DNA of 64,000 nucleotides from an uncultured Bacteroidales bacterium (GCA_963749345.1 CAVVMO010000004.1:3053358-3117357); one strand, 5' to 3'; positions 19,147 through 29,218 are shown, counted from the first letter of the stretch. Numbers and translations are program-made. Notes: generated by a model from the sequence alone, not told the origin.

Positions 19147-19738
19147 TGAGTCGATCCTGCCAGATTTGTTTTATAGATTGACCTATTTTTTTGAACTCTT
19201 CAAAGGTGAATTCATCGGTCTTCGCATTATTGCACCAGTAGCAAGCCATTACTGTATTTTCAGGAGTGTATTCAAAATTGGAATCCAGCCGGTCAACTTC
19301 AAGTGTCCATCCACGGTAGTTTTTTTTACGCAATTTATGAATTGCACCCAACTCTTCAATTTGCTTTGTTGTAATTCCGCAATAAGCACAAGTATCGGAA
19401 TCAGTTAATGCTTTGAATTTTTCTTCTGGGAAAATTTTACCGAACATTACTTGTACATAATGTCGCTGAAGCTCGCCTATCAAGGTTTTGTTTTCATTAT
19501 TCCATTGTACAATGGCTTTCTCAATTTCAGCGATTGGATAATTTCTGATTGGATAATCTGGTAATTCCTGCCAGTATTCAGTTGTGTAAAGGTTAACGAG
19601 TTCTTGCGCAATCTTATAATTTTCAAAATCGGATAGGTTTATTTGATGTATCAAATTGCTGCTGATCTTGTCGAAAAGGTAAAGCACCAGTTTTGTCCTA
19701 AAGCTATCGTTAGCTTTGATTCTGTACTTTGAATTCAT
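19133..19738 (-). CDS. HNH-like zinc-finger nuclease-fold protein with a non-canonical active-site motif
   Basis: C-terminal CAYCG...WTLEVDRLDSN...ACYWCNNAKTD, i.e. CxxC...D-R (where D-H is expected)...N...CxxC-N-x-x-K. I prefer the ATG at 19738; the track ORF starts at a TTG at 19798. Its stop overlaps the downstream PAD-like gene by 14 nt. Confidence 0.5.
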   Translation of the reverse strand: MNSKYRIKANDSFRTKLVLYLFDKISSNLIHQINLSDFENYKIAQELVNLYTTEYWQELPDYPIRNYPIAEIEKAIVQWNNENKTLIGELQRHYVQVMFGKIFPEEKFKALTDSDTCAYCGITTKQIEELGAIHKLRKKNYRGWTLEVDRLDSNFEYTPENTVMACYWCNNAKTDEFTFEEFKKIGQSIKQIWQDRLNDNK

Positions 19739-19868
19739 ATGGGAAAATTTTGATCCAAATGTATTAATATTCCCAGTATATTTACGGCGATTTATCAAGC
19801 ATGATATTCTTTCAGCCTTTCAGAAAATTAATTCTTAGGGGTTATAGTAACTGTAAATAGACATAATT

Positions 19869-20465
19869 GTGAATATCAAGGAGATTACCGATAATGCTTT
19901 ACTTCTTGCTGTTAAGAGATCAAAGAGGAAGAAAATTGCAGGGAAAATTCCAAATGGGGATTTTCAAAAACTGCATGCACTCCGGGCACGTGAATGGGTG
20001 GAGGCTTTGGCCGAAACTTTCAGAAAATACTATGATGAATTGAAAGAACCTAATGTCCGTGTGTTTTCGAAGTATAGCAACTATAACCGCAAAGATTTCG
20101 GACTTAACGAGCTCCTTTTCGATATTTCCGTTGTTAAAACTGCAACCATCCAGTCTCCCCGGCATAAAGAATTGACCTACATCGAAAAAGCCCTCTGGAT
20201 CGTGGAATCAGAAATGGCAAATGATACCCGGCAATTGGTACTTGATTTCAGCAAGCTTGTGATGGGCGATGCGGAGAATAAGTTGTTTGTGGGACCACTG
20301 AGTGAAGAAATTTTTAATTTTATACCACAGCTATGTGCTGTTGCCCGGAACTGCAACGGATTAGTTCATCTGTGTCTTGTTCCTCATCCTGAAAAATGGG
20401 AAAAAGATGAAACTAAGTTAAAGATGTGGTTTTTTGAATCTAACAAGTTTATTGAAATAAATTAA
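19869..20465 (+). CDS. Hypothetical protein, first gene of the five-gene operon
   Basis: 198-aa ORF with a GTG start, 16 nt upstream of the helicase gene. No motif recognised. LLFDISVV...WIVESEMAND could be a PD-(D/E)xK-like core, but that is speculative. Confidence 0.45.
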   Translation: MNIKEITDNALLLAVKRSKRKKIAGKIPNGDFQKLHALRAREWVEALAETFRKYYDELKEPNVRVFSKYSNYNRKDFGLNELLFDISVVKTATIQSPRHKELTYIEKALWIVESEMANDTRQLVLDFSKLVMGDAENKLFVGPLSEEIFNFIPQLCAVARNCNGLVHLCLVPHPEKWEKDETKLKMWFFESNKFIEIN

Positions 20466-20481
20466 TAAGAAACAATTAGGA

Positions 20482-23400
20482 ATGCCCAAAATTTACGACA
20501 ATATAGAAAACCACTTGACGCAGGGTCTTAATGAAACTTTAGAAGTATCGCAAAGAACGGATTTTTGCGTAGGCTATTTTAATTTAAGGGGTTGGAAAGA
20601 AATTGCAGATAAAATTGATTCTTTATCAGGATCAATCATAACAGAGGGTAAAGATGATATTCATCGAATTTGCAGACTTTTAGTAGGAATGCAAAAACTG
20701 CCTGTGGATATGCTCCGCGATTATTTTAAAACAGAAGAAGATCATCTGCTGGATCAAAACGAAGCAGTAAAACTCAAAAAAAGATTAGCACAGGAATTTA
20801 AAGATCAGCTTACTATTGGGATGCCTTCAGATGCTGATGAATTGGCTTTACGCAAATTGAGTCAGCAAATGAAAGATAAAAAAGTTGCTGTAAAATTACA
20901 TTTACGGTATCCCTTACATGCAAAACTTTATTTGGCTTTCAGCAATGATAAAAGAGTACCTGTAGTAGGTTTTTTAGGCAGTAGCAACCTCACTTTAGCC
21001 GGACTTGCAAAACAAGGGGAATTGAATATTGATGTATTGGAACAGGATGCGGCAAATAAACTATCAATATGGTTTGATGACAGATGGAATGACCGATGGT
21101 GCATTGATATAACCAATGAGTTAATTGAGATAATTGATAATAGTTGGGCAGCGGACCGCTTGGTATCACCTTATCATATTTACTTAAAAATGGCTTATCA
21201 TCTTTCACAGGAAGCCAGGGCCGGTTTAAATGAATTTAAAATACCTGTTGTTTTCAGACAAGAACTTTTACCATTTCAACAAGCAGCAGTTTTAATTGCA
21301 GCAAAAAAACTTAATAGTCGCGAAGGAGTCTTTATTGGTGATGTTGTGGGTTTGGGTAAAACAATTACAGCATGTGCATTGGCGAAAATATTTGAAGAAG
21401 ATTTTTTCTATTCTACACTTGTCATTTGCCCCCCGAACATAAAGCAAATGTGGAATGGATATATCAACAGGTACGATTTAAAGTCGAATGTAATTTCCAT
21501 TGGTGAAGTGCAAAGAAAACTTCCAGACTTGCGACGATATAAGCTTGTTATTATTGATGAAAGTCATAATTTACGAAATGATCAGGGAAGTCGATATCGT
21601 TCAATAAAAGCCTATCTTGAAGAAAATGACAGTAAGGTTATTTTACTTTCAGCAACTCCTTATAATAAATCCTATCTGGACTTATCAAATCAACTTCGCC
21701 TTTTTATATCTGATGATAAGGATTTAGGCATTAGCCCTGAGAACTACATTAATAATATTGGAGGTCAAGTGCAGTTTTCAGCTTTGCACACCGAAACTTT
21801 CATTCGTAGTATTAAAGCATTTGAAAAAAGTAATTATGCTGATGATTGGCGTGAATTAATGCGGCTTTATCTTGTACGTCGTACCCGAAGTTTCATTAAG
21901 GATAATTATGCTGAATTCGATCCTGTTAAAAACAGGAAATATTTAACTTTTTCTGATGGGACTCGTTCTTATTTCCCTGATAGAATACCTAGGAAAGTTG
22001 AATTTGATTTTGACCCAAATGACCCTAAAGACCAATATGCAAAATTGTATTCACAAAATGTTGTCGATACCATTAACGGTCTTGATTTGCCGCGCTATGG
22101 TTTAGGAAACTATATTGTTCAGAACCCTGTTATAAAACCTACTAAAGAGGAAGAAGTAATCATTGCCAATTTATCCCGTGCCGGTAAACGCTTAATGGGT
22201 TTTTGCAGAACTAACCTTTTCAAACGGCTTGAAAGTAGCGGTTTTTCTTTTTTAATTTCGCTAAGCAGACACATATTACGGAACTATGTTTTTTTCTATG
22301 CTATTCAGAATAAATTACCAGTCCCAATTGGAAAAAACATATCACAAAACCTTGATGATTTCCTTGATGATGAGGATACAGATAATAATGGAGAAAATGA
22401 AAATATAATCAGTTTTATTCTTGATGAAAAGCAATACTTGAAAAATGCTTCTAAGGTTTACGATCTTTATTCAAGTAGTAAATTAAAAAAGCAATTTGAT
22501 TGGATCAGAAGTGAATTTTTTTCTACCGCCTTGCTCAAACAGCTTTCAAATGACAGTAATGAAATCACAAAGATTTTAAAGATTGGTCAGGATTGGAATT
22601 GTGATGAAGACAGAAAATTGAATGCATTGTATAAATTACTTAGCGAAAAGCATAAAAATGAAAAAGTCCTGATTTTTACTCAGTTTGCCGATACTGCAAT
22701 TTATATTGCTGATCATTTAAAATCAAGAAAACTTGAAAATCTTGAACACGTCACTGGAAATAGTGAAAACCCAACTGCATCAGCGTATAGATTTAGTCCG
22801 ATAAGCAATAAATTTCCTTCAACCAAAGATGATATCCGGATTTTGGTATCGACTGATGTATTAAGTGAAGGTCAGAATTTACAGGATGCCCATATCATTT
22901 TAAATTATGATTTACCCTGGGCTATTATCAGGCTGATTCAGAGAGCCGGACGTGTTGACCGTATCGGGCAAAAAGCAGAAGGAATATTCTGTTATTCATT
23001 TTTGCCGGAGGACGGAATTGAACAAATTATTAATTTGCGGCATAGACTCACAAGCCGGATTCGTCAAAATGCTGAAGTGGTGGGCTCCGATGAAGTTTTC
23101 TTTGATGGTGATCCAATTAACATAGAGGATCTTTATAACGAGAAAGCCGGAATTTTAGATGAAGAAGAAGACAGCGAAGTTGATTTATCTTCCTATGCTT
23201 TTCAAATCTGGAAAAATGCAACAGACGAAACACATGAATTGAAAAAAACAATTCCTAATCTCCCTAACGTAATTTACGCTACAAAACAAAACTTGTTAAG
23301 TCCGGAAAAAGAAGGAGTCGTGGTTTATACACGAACTTATGATGAAAATGATATTCTTGCATGGGTTGATACCAATGGCAATATTATTACACAATCGCAG

Positions 23401-23838
23401 TTGACAATTTTGAAAGCTGCTGCTTGTAATTCTGATGTTGACCCGTGCTATAAAATTTTTAATCATCATGAGCTTGTTAAAAAAGGCATTGAATATATTC
23501 GTGATGATGAAAAAAACACCGGAGGATCACTGGGGAAAAGAACCGGGGCGAAATACAGGGTGTATATGCGGCTCGACAGGTATTGCAAAGAATTTGAAAA
23601 TACATTATTTGTGAACGATGCCTTAAAAAAGGCAATTGATGATATTTACAAATATCCTTTTAAAGAATTTGCCAGGGAAACATTGAATCGGCAATTAAAA
23701 GCCGGTATTTCTGACGAAGATCTTGTCAACCTAGTCGTTTCATTGCGGGAAGAAGATAAACTTTGTATTGTAAATCTGGACGAAATGCCCAACAAGGAAC
23801 CTCAGATTATTTGCTCAATGGGATTAAAAAATAAATAA
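20482..23838 (+). CDS. PLD-family nuclease domain fused to an SNF2-family helicase
   Basis: N-terminus has LHAKLYLAF...GFLGSSNLT (HxK...GSxN PLD motif). SNF2 motifs: VVGLGKTITA (I), VIIDESHNLRN (II), LLSATPYNK (III), STDVLSEGQNLQDA (V), IQRAGRVDRIGQ (VI). Confidence 0.85.
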   Translation: MPKIYDNIENHLTQGLNETLEVSQRTDFCVGYFNLRGWKEIADKIDSLSGSIITEGKDDIHRICRLLVGMQKLPVDMLRDYFKTEEDHLLDQNEAVKLKKRLAQEFKDQLTIGMPSDADELALRKLSQQMKDKKVAVKLHLRYPLHAKLYLAFSNDKRVPVVGFLGSSNLTLAGLAKQGELNIDVLEQDAANKLSIWFDDRWNDRWCIDITNELIEIIDNSWAADRLVSPYHIYLKMAYHLSQEARAGLNEFKIPVVFRQELLPFQQAAVLIAAKKLNSREGVFIGDVVGLGKTITACALAKIFEEDFFYSTLVICPPNIKQMWNGYINRYDLKSNVISIGEVQRKLPDLRRYKLVIIDESHNLRNDQGSRYRSIKAYLEENDSKVILLSATPYNKSYLDLSNQLRLFISDDKDLGISPENYINNIGGQVQFSALHTETFIRSIKAFEKSNYADDWRELMRLYLVRRTRSFIKDNYAEFDPVKNRKYLTFSDGTRSYFPDRIPRKVEFDFDPNDPKDQYAKLYSQNVVDTINGLDLPRYGLGNYIVQNPVIKPTKEEEVIIANLSRAGKRLMGFCRTNLFKRLESSGFSFLISLSRHILRNYVFFYAIQNKLPVPIGKNISQNLDDFLDDEDTDNNGENENIISFILDEKQYLKNASKVYDLYSSSKLKKQFDWIRSEFFSTALLKQLSNDSNEITKILKIGQDWNCDEDRKLNALYKLLSEKHKNEKVLIFTQFADTAIYIADHLKSRKLENLEHVTGNSENPTASAYRFSPISNKFPSTKDDIRILVSTDVLSEGQNLQDAHIILNYDLPWAIIRLIQRAGRVDRIGQKAEGIFCYSFLPEDGIEQIINLRHRLTSRIRQNAEVVGSDEVFFDGDPINIEDLYNEKAGILDEEEDSEVDLSSYAFQIWKNATDETHELKKTIPNLPNVIYATKQNLLSPEKEGVVVYTRTYDENDILAWVDTNGNIITQSQLTILKAAACNSDVDPCYKIFNHHELVKKGIEYIRDDEKNTGGSLGKRTGAKYRVYMRLDRYCKEFENTLFVNDALKKAIDDIYKYPFKEFARETLNRQLKAGISDEDLVNLVVSLREEDKLCIVNLDEMPNKEPQIICSMGLKNK

Positions 23839-23841
23839 ATT

Positions 23842-26800
23842 ATGTTGAACATAGATACTACCAGAAAGCATTTACAGGCTTTTGATTTTAAAACACTTTT
23901 TATTGAGGAAATTGGTTGGAACAAACCCACCAATAAAAACGCAGTTGCTTTTAAAACAATAGAATGTAACTATTATCGTACGGCTATTTCTGAACTATCA
24001 GGGGCTGTGGTTTACGAAATTACCTCCTCAGAAGGGAAAATACCAGATGCAAAAGAACGAGCCTCTATTAGCAACCTAATTCAGAAAATTAATTTTGAAC
24101 ATATTCTCATATTTGTTGATGCCCAAAGAACACAATCTATTTGGAGATGGATAAAAAAGCAGGATAAGAAATCGTTGCCCAGAGAGCATTATTTTTCCAG
24201 AGGTCAATCCGGCGATTTATTCATTTCAAAATTGGCAGGTCTTTTTGTCGATATCAGCGAAATTGAAAATGATATCACCATAACCGATGTCGCAAAAAAA
24301 ATTCAGATTGCATTAGACATTGAAAGGGTTACAAAAAAGTTTTACCGCGACTATCAAACTCAGTTTATCTCCTTTCTTGACTTGATAGAAGGAATTGATA
24401 ACGAAGCCGACAAGCATTGGTATGCTTCAGTTATTTTAAACCGTTTAATGTTCATTTATTTCCTTCAAAAGAAAATGTTTTTAGATAATGGTAATGCAAA
24501 TTATCTGTCCGATAAATTACAGCACTCCAAAGACCAATTTGGTAAAAATAAATTTTACGACACCTTTTTGCATAAGCTATTTTTTGAAGGTTTTGCAAAA
24601 GCCGAAACACAAAGAGATGCAACTACAAACAAACTTATTGGAAAAATTAAATATTTGAATGGCGGCTTATTTTTGGTACACAAGATAGAAAAGAAATATC
24701 AAGGCAAAATCAAAATTAAAGATAATGCATTTGAAAATCTTTTTAGTTTGTTTGATAGTTATAGCTGGACATTGGACGACACACCGGGAGGTAAAGACAA
24801 TGAGATTAATCCTGATGTATTGGGTTATATTTTTGAAAAGTATATCAACCAGAAAGCATTTGGGGCTTATTACACACGTACCGAAATAACCGAATACCTC
24901 TGCGAGCAAACTGTTTACAAACTTATATTAGACGAAGTAAACGAACCTGAAATTGACCCTGATTTATTGAAAAAAGCAGGTCTTGATAAATATGGAAAGG
25001 CAAAATATTATATAAGCATTGCCGAACTCCTGTTAAATTTAGATGCTGCCACTTGCAAAAAACTAATTACCGGTGAAAATGCAGTATTGCCCAACTTGAG
25101 TTTGCTCGACCCTGCTTGTGGTTCAGGAGCTTTTTTAGTGGCGGCAATGAAAACACTTATAAATGTGTATTCAGCTATTCTTGGGAAAATAGAATTTCTG
25201 GGTGATAAAAAATTGATGGAGTGGAAAAAAGAAATTGAGAAAAACCACCCCAGCATAAACTATTACATAAAAAAGCAGATTATTACCAACAATCTGTATG
25301 GTGTAGATATAATGGAAGAAGCTACTGAAATAGCTAAATTACGTTTGTTTCTAGCATTGGTATCTAGTGCCCAGACCGTTGACCAATTGGAACCCTTACC
25401 AAATATTGATTTTAATATTATGAGTGGTAATTCCCTGATTGGTTTGATGCGTGTTGACGAAAGCGAATATAATAAACACCAAAAGGAAGATTTGTTTAAG
25501 AAAAGTTATCGCGAATTGGTAAACCAACGTGAAGCTGCAATCCGGGCATATAAGTCTTTTGAAAACTCGAACGAAAATGTTCAAGTTAAGAAAGAAAGTA
25601 TTGAACGTATGGAAACCGAAGCGAATGAAATTTTAAATATAATGCTCGGCCATGAGTTTAACAATTTAGGCATTAAATACGAGCAAATAACTTGGGATGA
25701 TAAAAAAAACAAAGAAGGCAAATCCATAAAACGCAAAATAAATCTTGAAGATATAAAAGCTCTTGAACCTTTTCACTGGGGCTATGAATTCTCAGAAATT
25801 TTCAGAAAGAAAGATGGTTTTGATGCAATCATTACAAATCCGCCTTGGGAAATATTTAAACCTCAAGATAAAGAATTTTTTGCTCCTTATTCTAACACGA
25901 TTAAAAAAAATATTCAATCAATAAAAGAATTTGAAAAAGAAAAAGTTGAACTGCTAAAGAATGAAAATATAAGAAAATTGTATTACAAGTATCTTAGCAA
26001 CTATCCACATCTAAGCCAATACTTTAGAAGTTCGCATCAATTCAAAAATCAAATTTCTATTGTCAACGGTAAAAAAGCAGGTTCTGATATAAATCTTTAC
26101 AAACTCTTTGTTGAACAATGTTACAATCTTATAAAGAAAAAGGGTTACTGCGGGATTGTCATACCAAGCGGTATATACACTGACTTGGGTACAAAGCAAC
26201 TCAGAGTATTGCTCCTAAATCATTCTGAAATACTTAATCTTATTAGTTTATCAAATGAAAGAAATTTGTTTGAAGGTGTAATGCACAATTTCAAATTTTG
26301 TTTGCTAACGTATAAAAAAGATAAACCGAAAGATTACTTTAAAGCTTCCTTTAGAATTTATGTTCATGAATCTGTTAGTCCTCAAGAGTTGGATAGTTTT
26401 CTTGAAAGTGATGAATTCAAATTAAAGATTCCGATTAAAATTGTGAAAGAATTTGCACCTGAATCTCTTTCAATAATGGAATTCAAAGAAGAAATTGATT
26501 TAACTATAGCAAATAAACTTATTGCTTTTCCTATGCTTGGTGAAATTGTTCCTGATTCATTCAAACTTTCACTAAATAGAGAATTTGACATGACAGGAGA
26601 TAGCAAATTATTTCAAACTACACCTAATAAGGGAAGTTTAGTTTTATACGAAGGTAAAATGATTCATCAGTTCACGCATCAGTTTAGTGAAGCACAATAC
26701 TGGGTAAATGAAAAAGATGCGCGTAAATCAATTATAGGTAAAAACGGAACCGATAATGGGCAGAAACTAGAATATCAAGAATATAGAATTGGAACAAGGG

Positions 26801-27345
26801 CAGTTGGGGGCAGTGCAAATGAGAGAGGTTTAATTGGAACAATTCTTCCAAAAAATATTTTTTGCGGAAATTCAATACTCGTAAATACAAGTAGAGATGA
26901 TAATGATTACTTGGAAAACAAAAATAAACTTCTGCTTTTAGGATTTTTAAATAGTTATCCCATTGATTATTGCATACGGCAAATGGTTGCTACTAACATC
27001 AATATGTTTTATATTTACCAATTACATATTCCACGATTAAAACTCAAAGATAAATGGTATCAAGCCATAGTGGAAAGGGTTGCACAATTAATATGCACCA
27101 CCAGTGAGTTTTCAGAGTTATGGGAAGAAGTAATGAAAAGTAAATGGTGCGAAAAAGTTGCCGCCACCCAAGAATATGAACGCAATAAACTTAGGGCAGA
27201 ACTGGATGGTATCATTGCCCATATTTACGGATTAACTGAAGAAGAATTTTCATATATTCTTAGTACCTTTCCTATTGTGCCACAACCGCAAAAAGTGGCC
27301 TCGCAAAATGCTTACAGGGATGTTTTAAATGGATTAATAAAATAA
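23842..27345 (+). CDS. Large Eco57I/type IIG-like N6-adenine DNA methyltransferase with C-terminal specificity region
   Basis: LLDPACGSGAFLVAAM (motif I), AIITNPPWEIFKP (NPPW motif IV), and the C-terminal ...IYGLTEEEFSYIL tail common in this family. 1167 aa. Starts 3 nt after the helicase stop. Confidence 0.85.
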   Translation: MLNIDTTRKHLQAFDFKTLFIEEIGWNKPTNKNAVAFKTIECNYYRTAISELSGAVVYEITSSEGKIPDAKERASISNLIQKINFEHILIFVDAQRTQSIWRWIKKQDKKSLPREHYFSRGQSGDLFISKLAGLFVDISEIENDITITDVAKKIQIALDIERVTKKFYRDYQTQFISFLDLIEGIDNEADKHWYASVILNRLMFIYFLQKKMFLDNGNANYLSDKLQHSKDQFGKNKFYDTFLHKLFFEGFAKAETQRDATTNKLIGKIKYLNGGLFLVHKIEKKYQGKIKIKDNAFENLFSLFDSYSWTLDDTPGGKDNEINPDVLGYIFEKYINQKAFGAYYTRTEITEYLCEQTVYKLILDEVNEPEIDPDLLKKAGLDKYGKAKYYISIAELLLNLDAATCKKLITGENAVLPNLSLLDPACGSGAFLVAAMKTLINVYSAILGKIEFLGDKKLMEWKKEIEKNHPSINYYIKKQIITNNLYGVDIMEEATEIAKLRLFLALVSSAQTVDQLEPLPNIDFNIMSGNSLIGLMRVDESEYNKHQKEDLFKKSYRELVNQREAAIRAYKSFENSNENVQVKKESIERMETEANEILNIMLGHEFNNLGIKYEQITWDDKKNKEGKSIKRKINLEDIKALEPFHWGYEFSEIFRKKDGFDAIITNPPWEIFKPQDKEFFAPYSNTIKKNIQSIKEFEKEKVELLKNENIRKLYYKYLSNYPHLSQYFRSSHQFKNQISIVNGKKAGSDINLYKLFVEQCYNLIKKKGYCGIVIPSGIYTDLGTKQLRVLLLNHSEILNLISLSNERNLFEGVMHNFKFCLLTYKKDKPKDYFKASFRIYVHESVSPQELDSFLESDEFKLKIPIKIVKEFAPESLSIMEFKEEIDLTIANKLIAFPMLGEIVPDSFKLSLNREFDMTGDSKLFQTTPNKGSLVLYEGKMIHQFTHQFSEAQYWVNEKDARKSIIGKNGTDNGQKLEYQEYRIGTRAVGGSANERGLIGTILPKNIFCGNSILVNTSRDDNDYLENKNKLLLLGFLNSYPIDYCIRQMVATNINMFYIYQLHIPRLKLKDKWYQAIVERVAQLICTTSEFSELWEEVMKSKWCEKVAATQEYERNKLRAELDGIIAHIYGLTEEEFSYILSTFPIVPQPQKVASQNAYRDVLNGLIK

Positions 27346-27352
27346 ATAGTTT

Positions 27353-28552
27353 ATGATAACAAATATTCATATTAAGAATTTCAAGGCCATAAAAGATACA
27401 GGAAATTTAAAACTTAATCCAATTAGCTGCTTTATTGGTTACAACGGCTCTGGGAAAAGTAGTTTGCTGGAAGCGCTGTTGACTTTCAAAGAAATGACAA
27501 CTGAAAATCTTGATAAGGCACTAGACCGTTGGAAAGGGTTTGAAAACATTCAGTACAAAGGTGTAAGCAGAAGTAAGGTAATTCATAAAAAGTTTCTTTC
27601 AGATGCTGCTGTTGAAATTTTCAATCAACCTATTTCTTTCAAAATAAAATCAACCTCAAAAAAAGAAAAAAAAGGAACAAGAAAAAACTACATAGCCGAA
27701 GCTTCTCTTACAAAATTATCGAATGGTGAAAAGATAATTTTTTTAGAAGAAAGTTTTACTTACAAAGCTGAACGCGATTTTGTTTATAATCGTGACTGTG
27801 ATGGTCAATTATATTATAGCGATAAAAACAAAGCAGCATATTCAGATGACAGTAAACATTTTAAACTGGCAATGAATAAAAGTTTATTCAGTGATCAAAA
27901 TTTGCCACATGAAATAGCACAATGGCAATTTTTGCGAATGAACCCCGATGTTATGGGTGAACCATTCCCTCAAAAAAGGACCTCTGGTTTCTTACCATTA
28001 AACATTGATGGTTCCAATGTTGCAGAATATTTATTGAGTATTAAGGAAACAAGTTTGCCTGCTTATGAAAGTATTCTAAACACTATGGTTTCAACTGTGT
28101 TGCCTTATGCAAGTGATTTACAGTCAGAACTTACTTCATCTGTTGACCGTAAAATATTTTTAAATTTAACAGAGAAAAACTACAAAGTTCCCGGTTGGTT
28201 ACTTTCCACAGGTACTTTAAGAATAGTTGCATTGCTGGCGGTGTTACGTCATCCGCAACCTGCACCGGTTGTTGTAATTGAGGAATTGGAAAATGGACTT
28301 GACCCCCGGACTATCAATTTAGTTGTAAATGAAATTAGACTATTTACAAAAAAGACGGGCTCACAAGTAATATTTACAACGCATTCACCTTATCTGCTTG
28401 ACCTGATGAATTTGAAAGAAATAGTTTTTGTAGAAAAAGTTGATGGGAATGTTAAATTCTCAAAGCCTTCTGATAACGAAGATTTAGCAATATGGGCAGA
28501 AAAATTTACTCCCGGCAAGTTATATACAATGAGTCGTTTAAATAGCAGATAA
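27353..28552 (+). CDS. ABC/AAA_21-type ATPase (OLD/AbiL/PARIS-class ATPase architecture)
   Basis: Walker A GYNGSGKSSLLEAL, signature-like LSTGTLR, Walker B VVVIEELENGLDP, H-loop FTTHSPYLL. Confidence 0.75.
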   Translation: MITNIHIKNFKAIKDTGNLKLNPISCFIGYNGSGKSSLLEALLTFKEMTTENLDKALDRWKGFENIQYKGVSRSKVIHKKFLSDAAVEIFNQPISFKIKSTSKKEKKGTRKNYIAEASLTKLSNGEKIIFLEESFTYKAERDFVYNRDCDGQLYYSDKNKAAYSDDSKHFKLAMNKSLFSDQNLPHEIAQWQFLRMNPDVMGEPFPQKRTSGFLPLNIDGSNVAEYLLSIKETSLPAYESILNTMVSTVLPYASDLQSELTSSVDRKIFLNLTEKNYKVPGWLLSTGTLRIVALLAVLRHPQPAPVVVIEELENGLDPRTINLVVNEIRLFTKKTGSQVIFTTHSPYLLDLMNLKEIVFVEKVDGNVKFSKPSDNEDLAIWAEKFTPGKLYTMSRLNSR

Positions 28553-28555
28553 TTT

Positions 28556-29152
28556 ATGAAATACGGATTTATTTTTGAATGCCATTTAGATGGTCCTGAC
28601 TTCAAAGTAGTGAAACATATTGTTGAAAATTGGGTGAATCAGAAAATTCAATTTGAGCCTGTTACTTTAGGTGATAAAGGGTCACTTCTTGAACAATGTA
28701 CTGATAGTGTAGAAATGCTGTTGAGAACAAAATGCGATAAGGTTTTTATTGTTTGGGATTTAATGCCAAAATATGCCAACTGTAATTGCATAGTTGAAGA
28801 AAGAAATTTAATCAGGCAACAACTAATTGATAAAAATATTCCTCTTGTCAATGTTGAATTTATTGGCATTGTCCATGAATTGGAAAGTTGGTTAATTGCT
28901 AACGTATCAGCGATTGAACGAGTCTTATCAACGGTAGCTCATCCTATTAACATTGCAAATATTCGCTATCCTGACAGGGATAGAAATCCGAAAGGGAAAT
29001 TGAGAAAAATATTTTTACAAGAAAGAGGATTTGACTACAATGATTTAGATTATGCATTAAGAATAATTCAAAATGTCCAAAGACCGAAAGATTTGAAGAG
29101 GAGTGTTTCGTTTAAAAGGTTTTATCTTAAATTAACTGGTACACAATTATAA
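28556..29152 (+). CDS. DUF4276-like (Toprim-like) small protein partnered with the ATPase
   Basis: Starts 3 nt after the ATPase stop. YGFIFECHLDG (acidic E near the N-terminus), VFIVWDLMP, and ELESWLIAN resemble my recollection of the DUF4276 pattern. Not verified by HMM. Confidence 0.45.
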   Translation: MKYGFIFECHLDGPDFKVVKHIVENWVNQKIQFEPVTLGDKGSLLEQCTDSVEMLLRTKCDKVFIVWDLMPKYANCNCIVEERNLIRQQLIDKNIPLVNVEFIGIVHELESWLIANVSAIERVLSTVAHPINIANIRYPDRDRNPKGKLRKIFLQERGFDYNDLDYALRIIQNVQRPKDLKRSVSFKRFYLKLTGTQL

Positions 29153-29188
29153 CTAATATTTTTATTGGTTTATCCTTACTAAAATAAC

Positions 29189-29218
29189 TTTCGACTCTTT
29201 AATTATTCCCAGTCGAAA
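29189..29218 (+). terminator. Possible operon-end hairpin
   Basis: tttcgact(29189-29196)/agtcgaaa(29211-29218) form an 8-bp stem with a 14-nt loop, 37 nt after the last operon stop. There is no clear T-run. Confidence 0.25.

Noticed and set aside
19007-19408. 133-aa plus-strand ORF spanning the junction of the PAD-like and HNH-like genes
   Set aside because: It is antisense to two motif-bearing genes and crosses their overlap, so it is not credible.
19869-29152. Labelling the operon as DISARM, BREX or a classical type I/III R-M system
   Set aside because: No DrmA/DrmB (DUF1998) genes, no PglZ/BrxC/BrxL genes, no separate HsdS, and no Res/Mod pair are present. Only partial component overlap exists, so no canonical label is justified.
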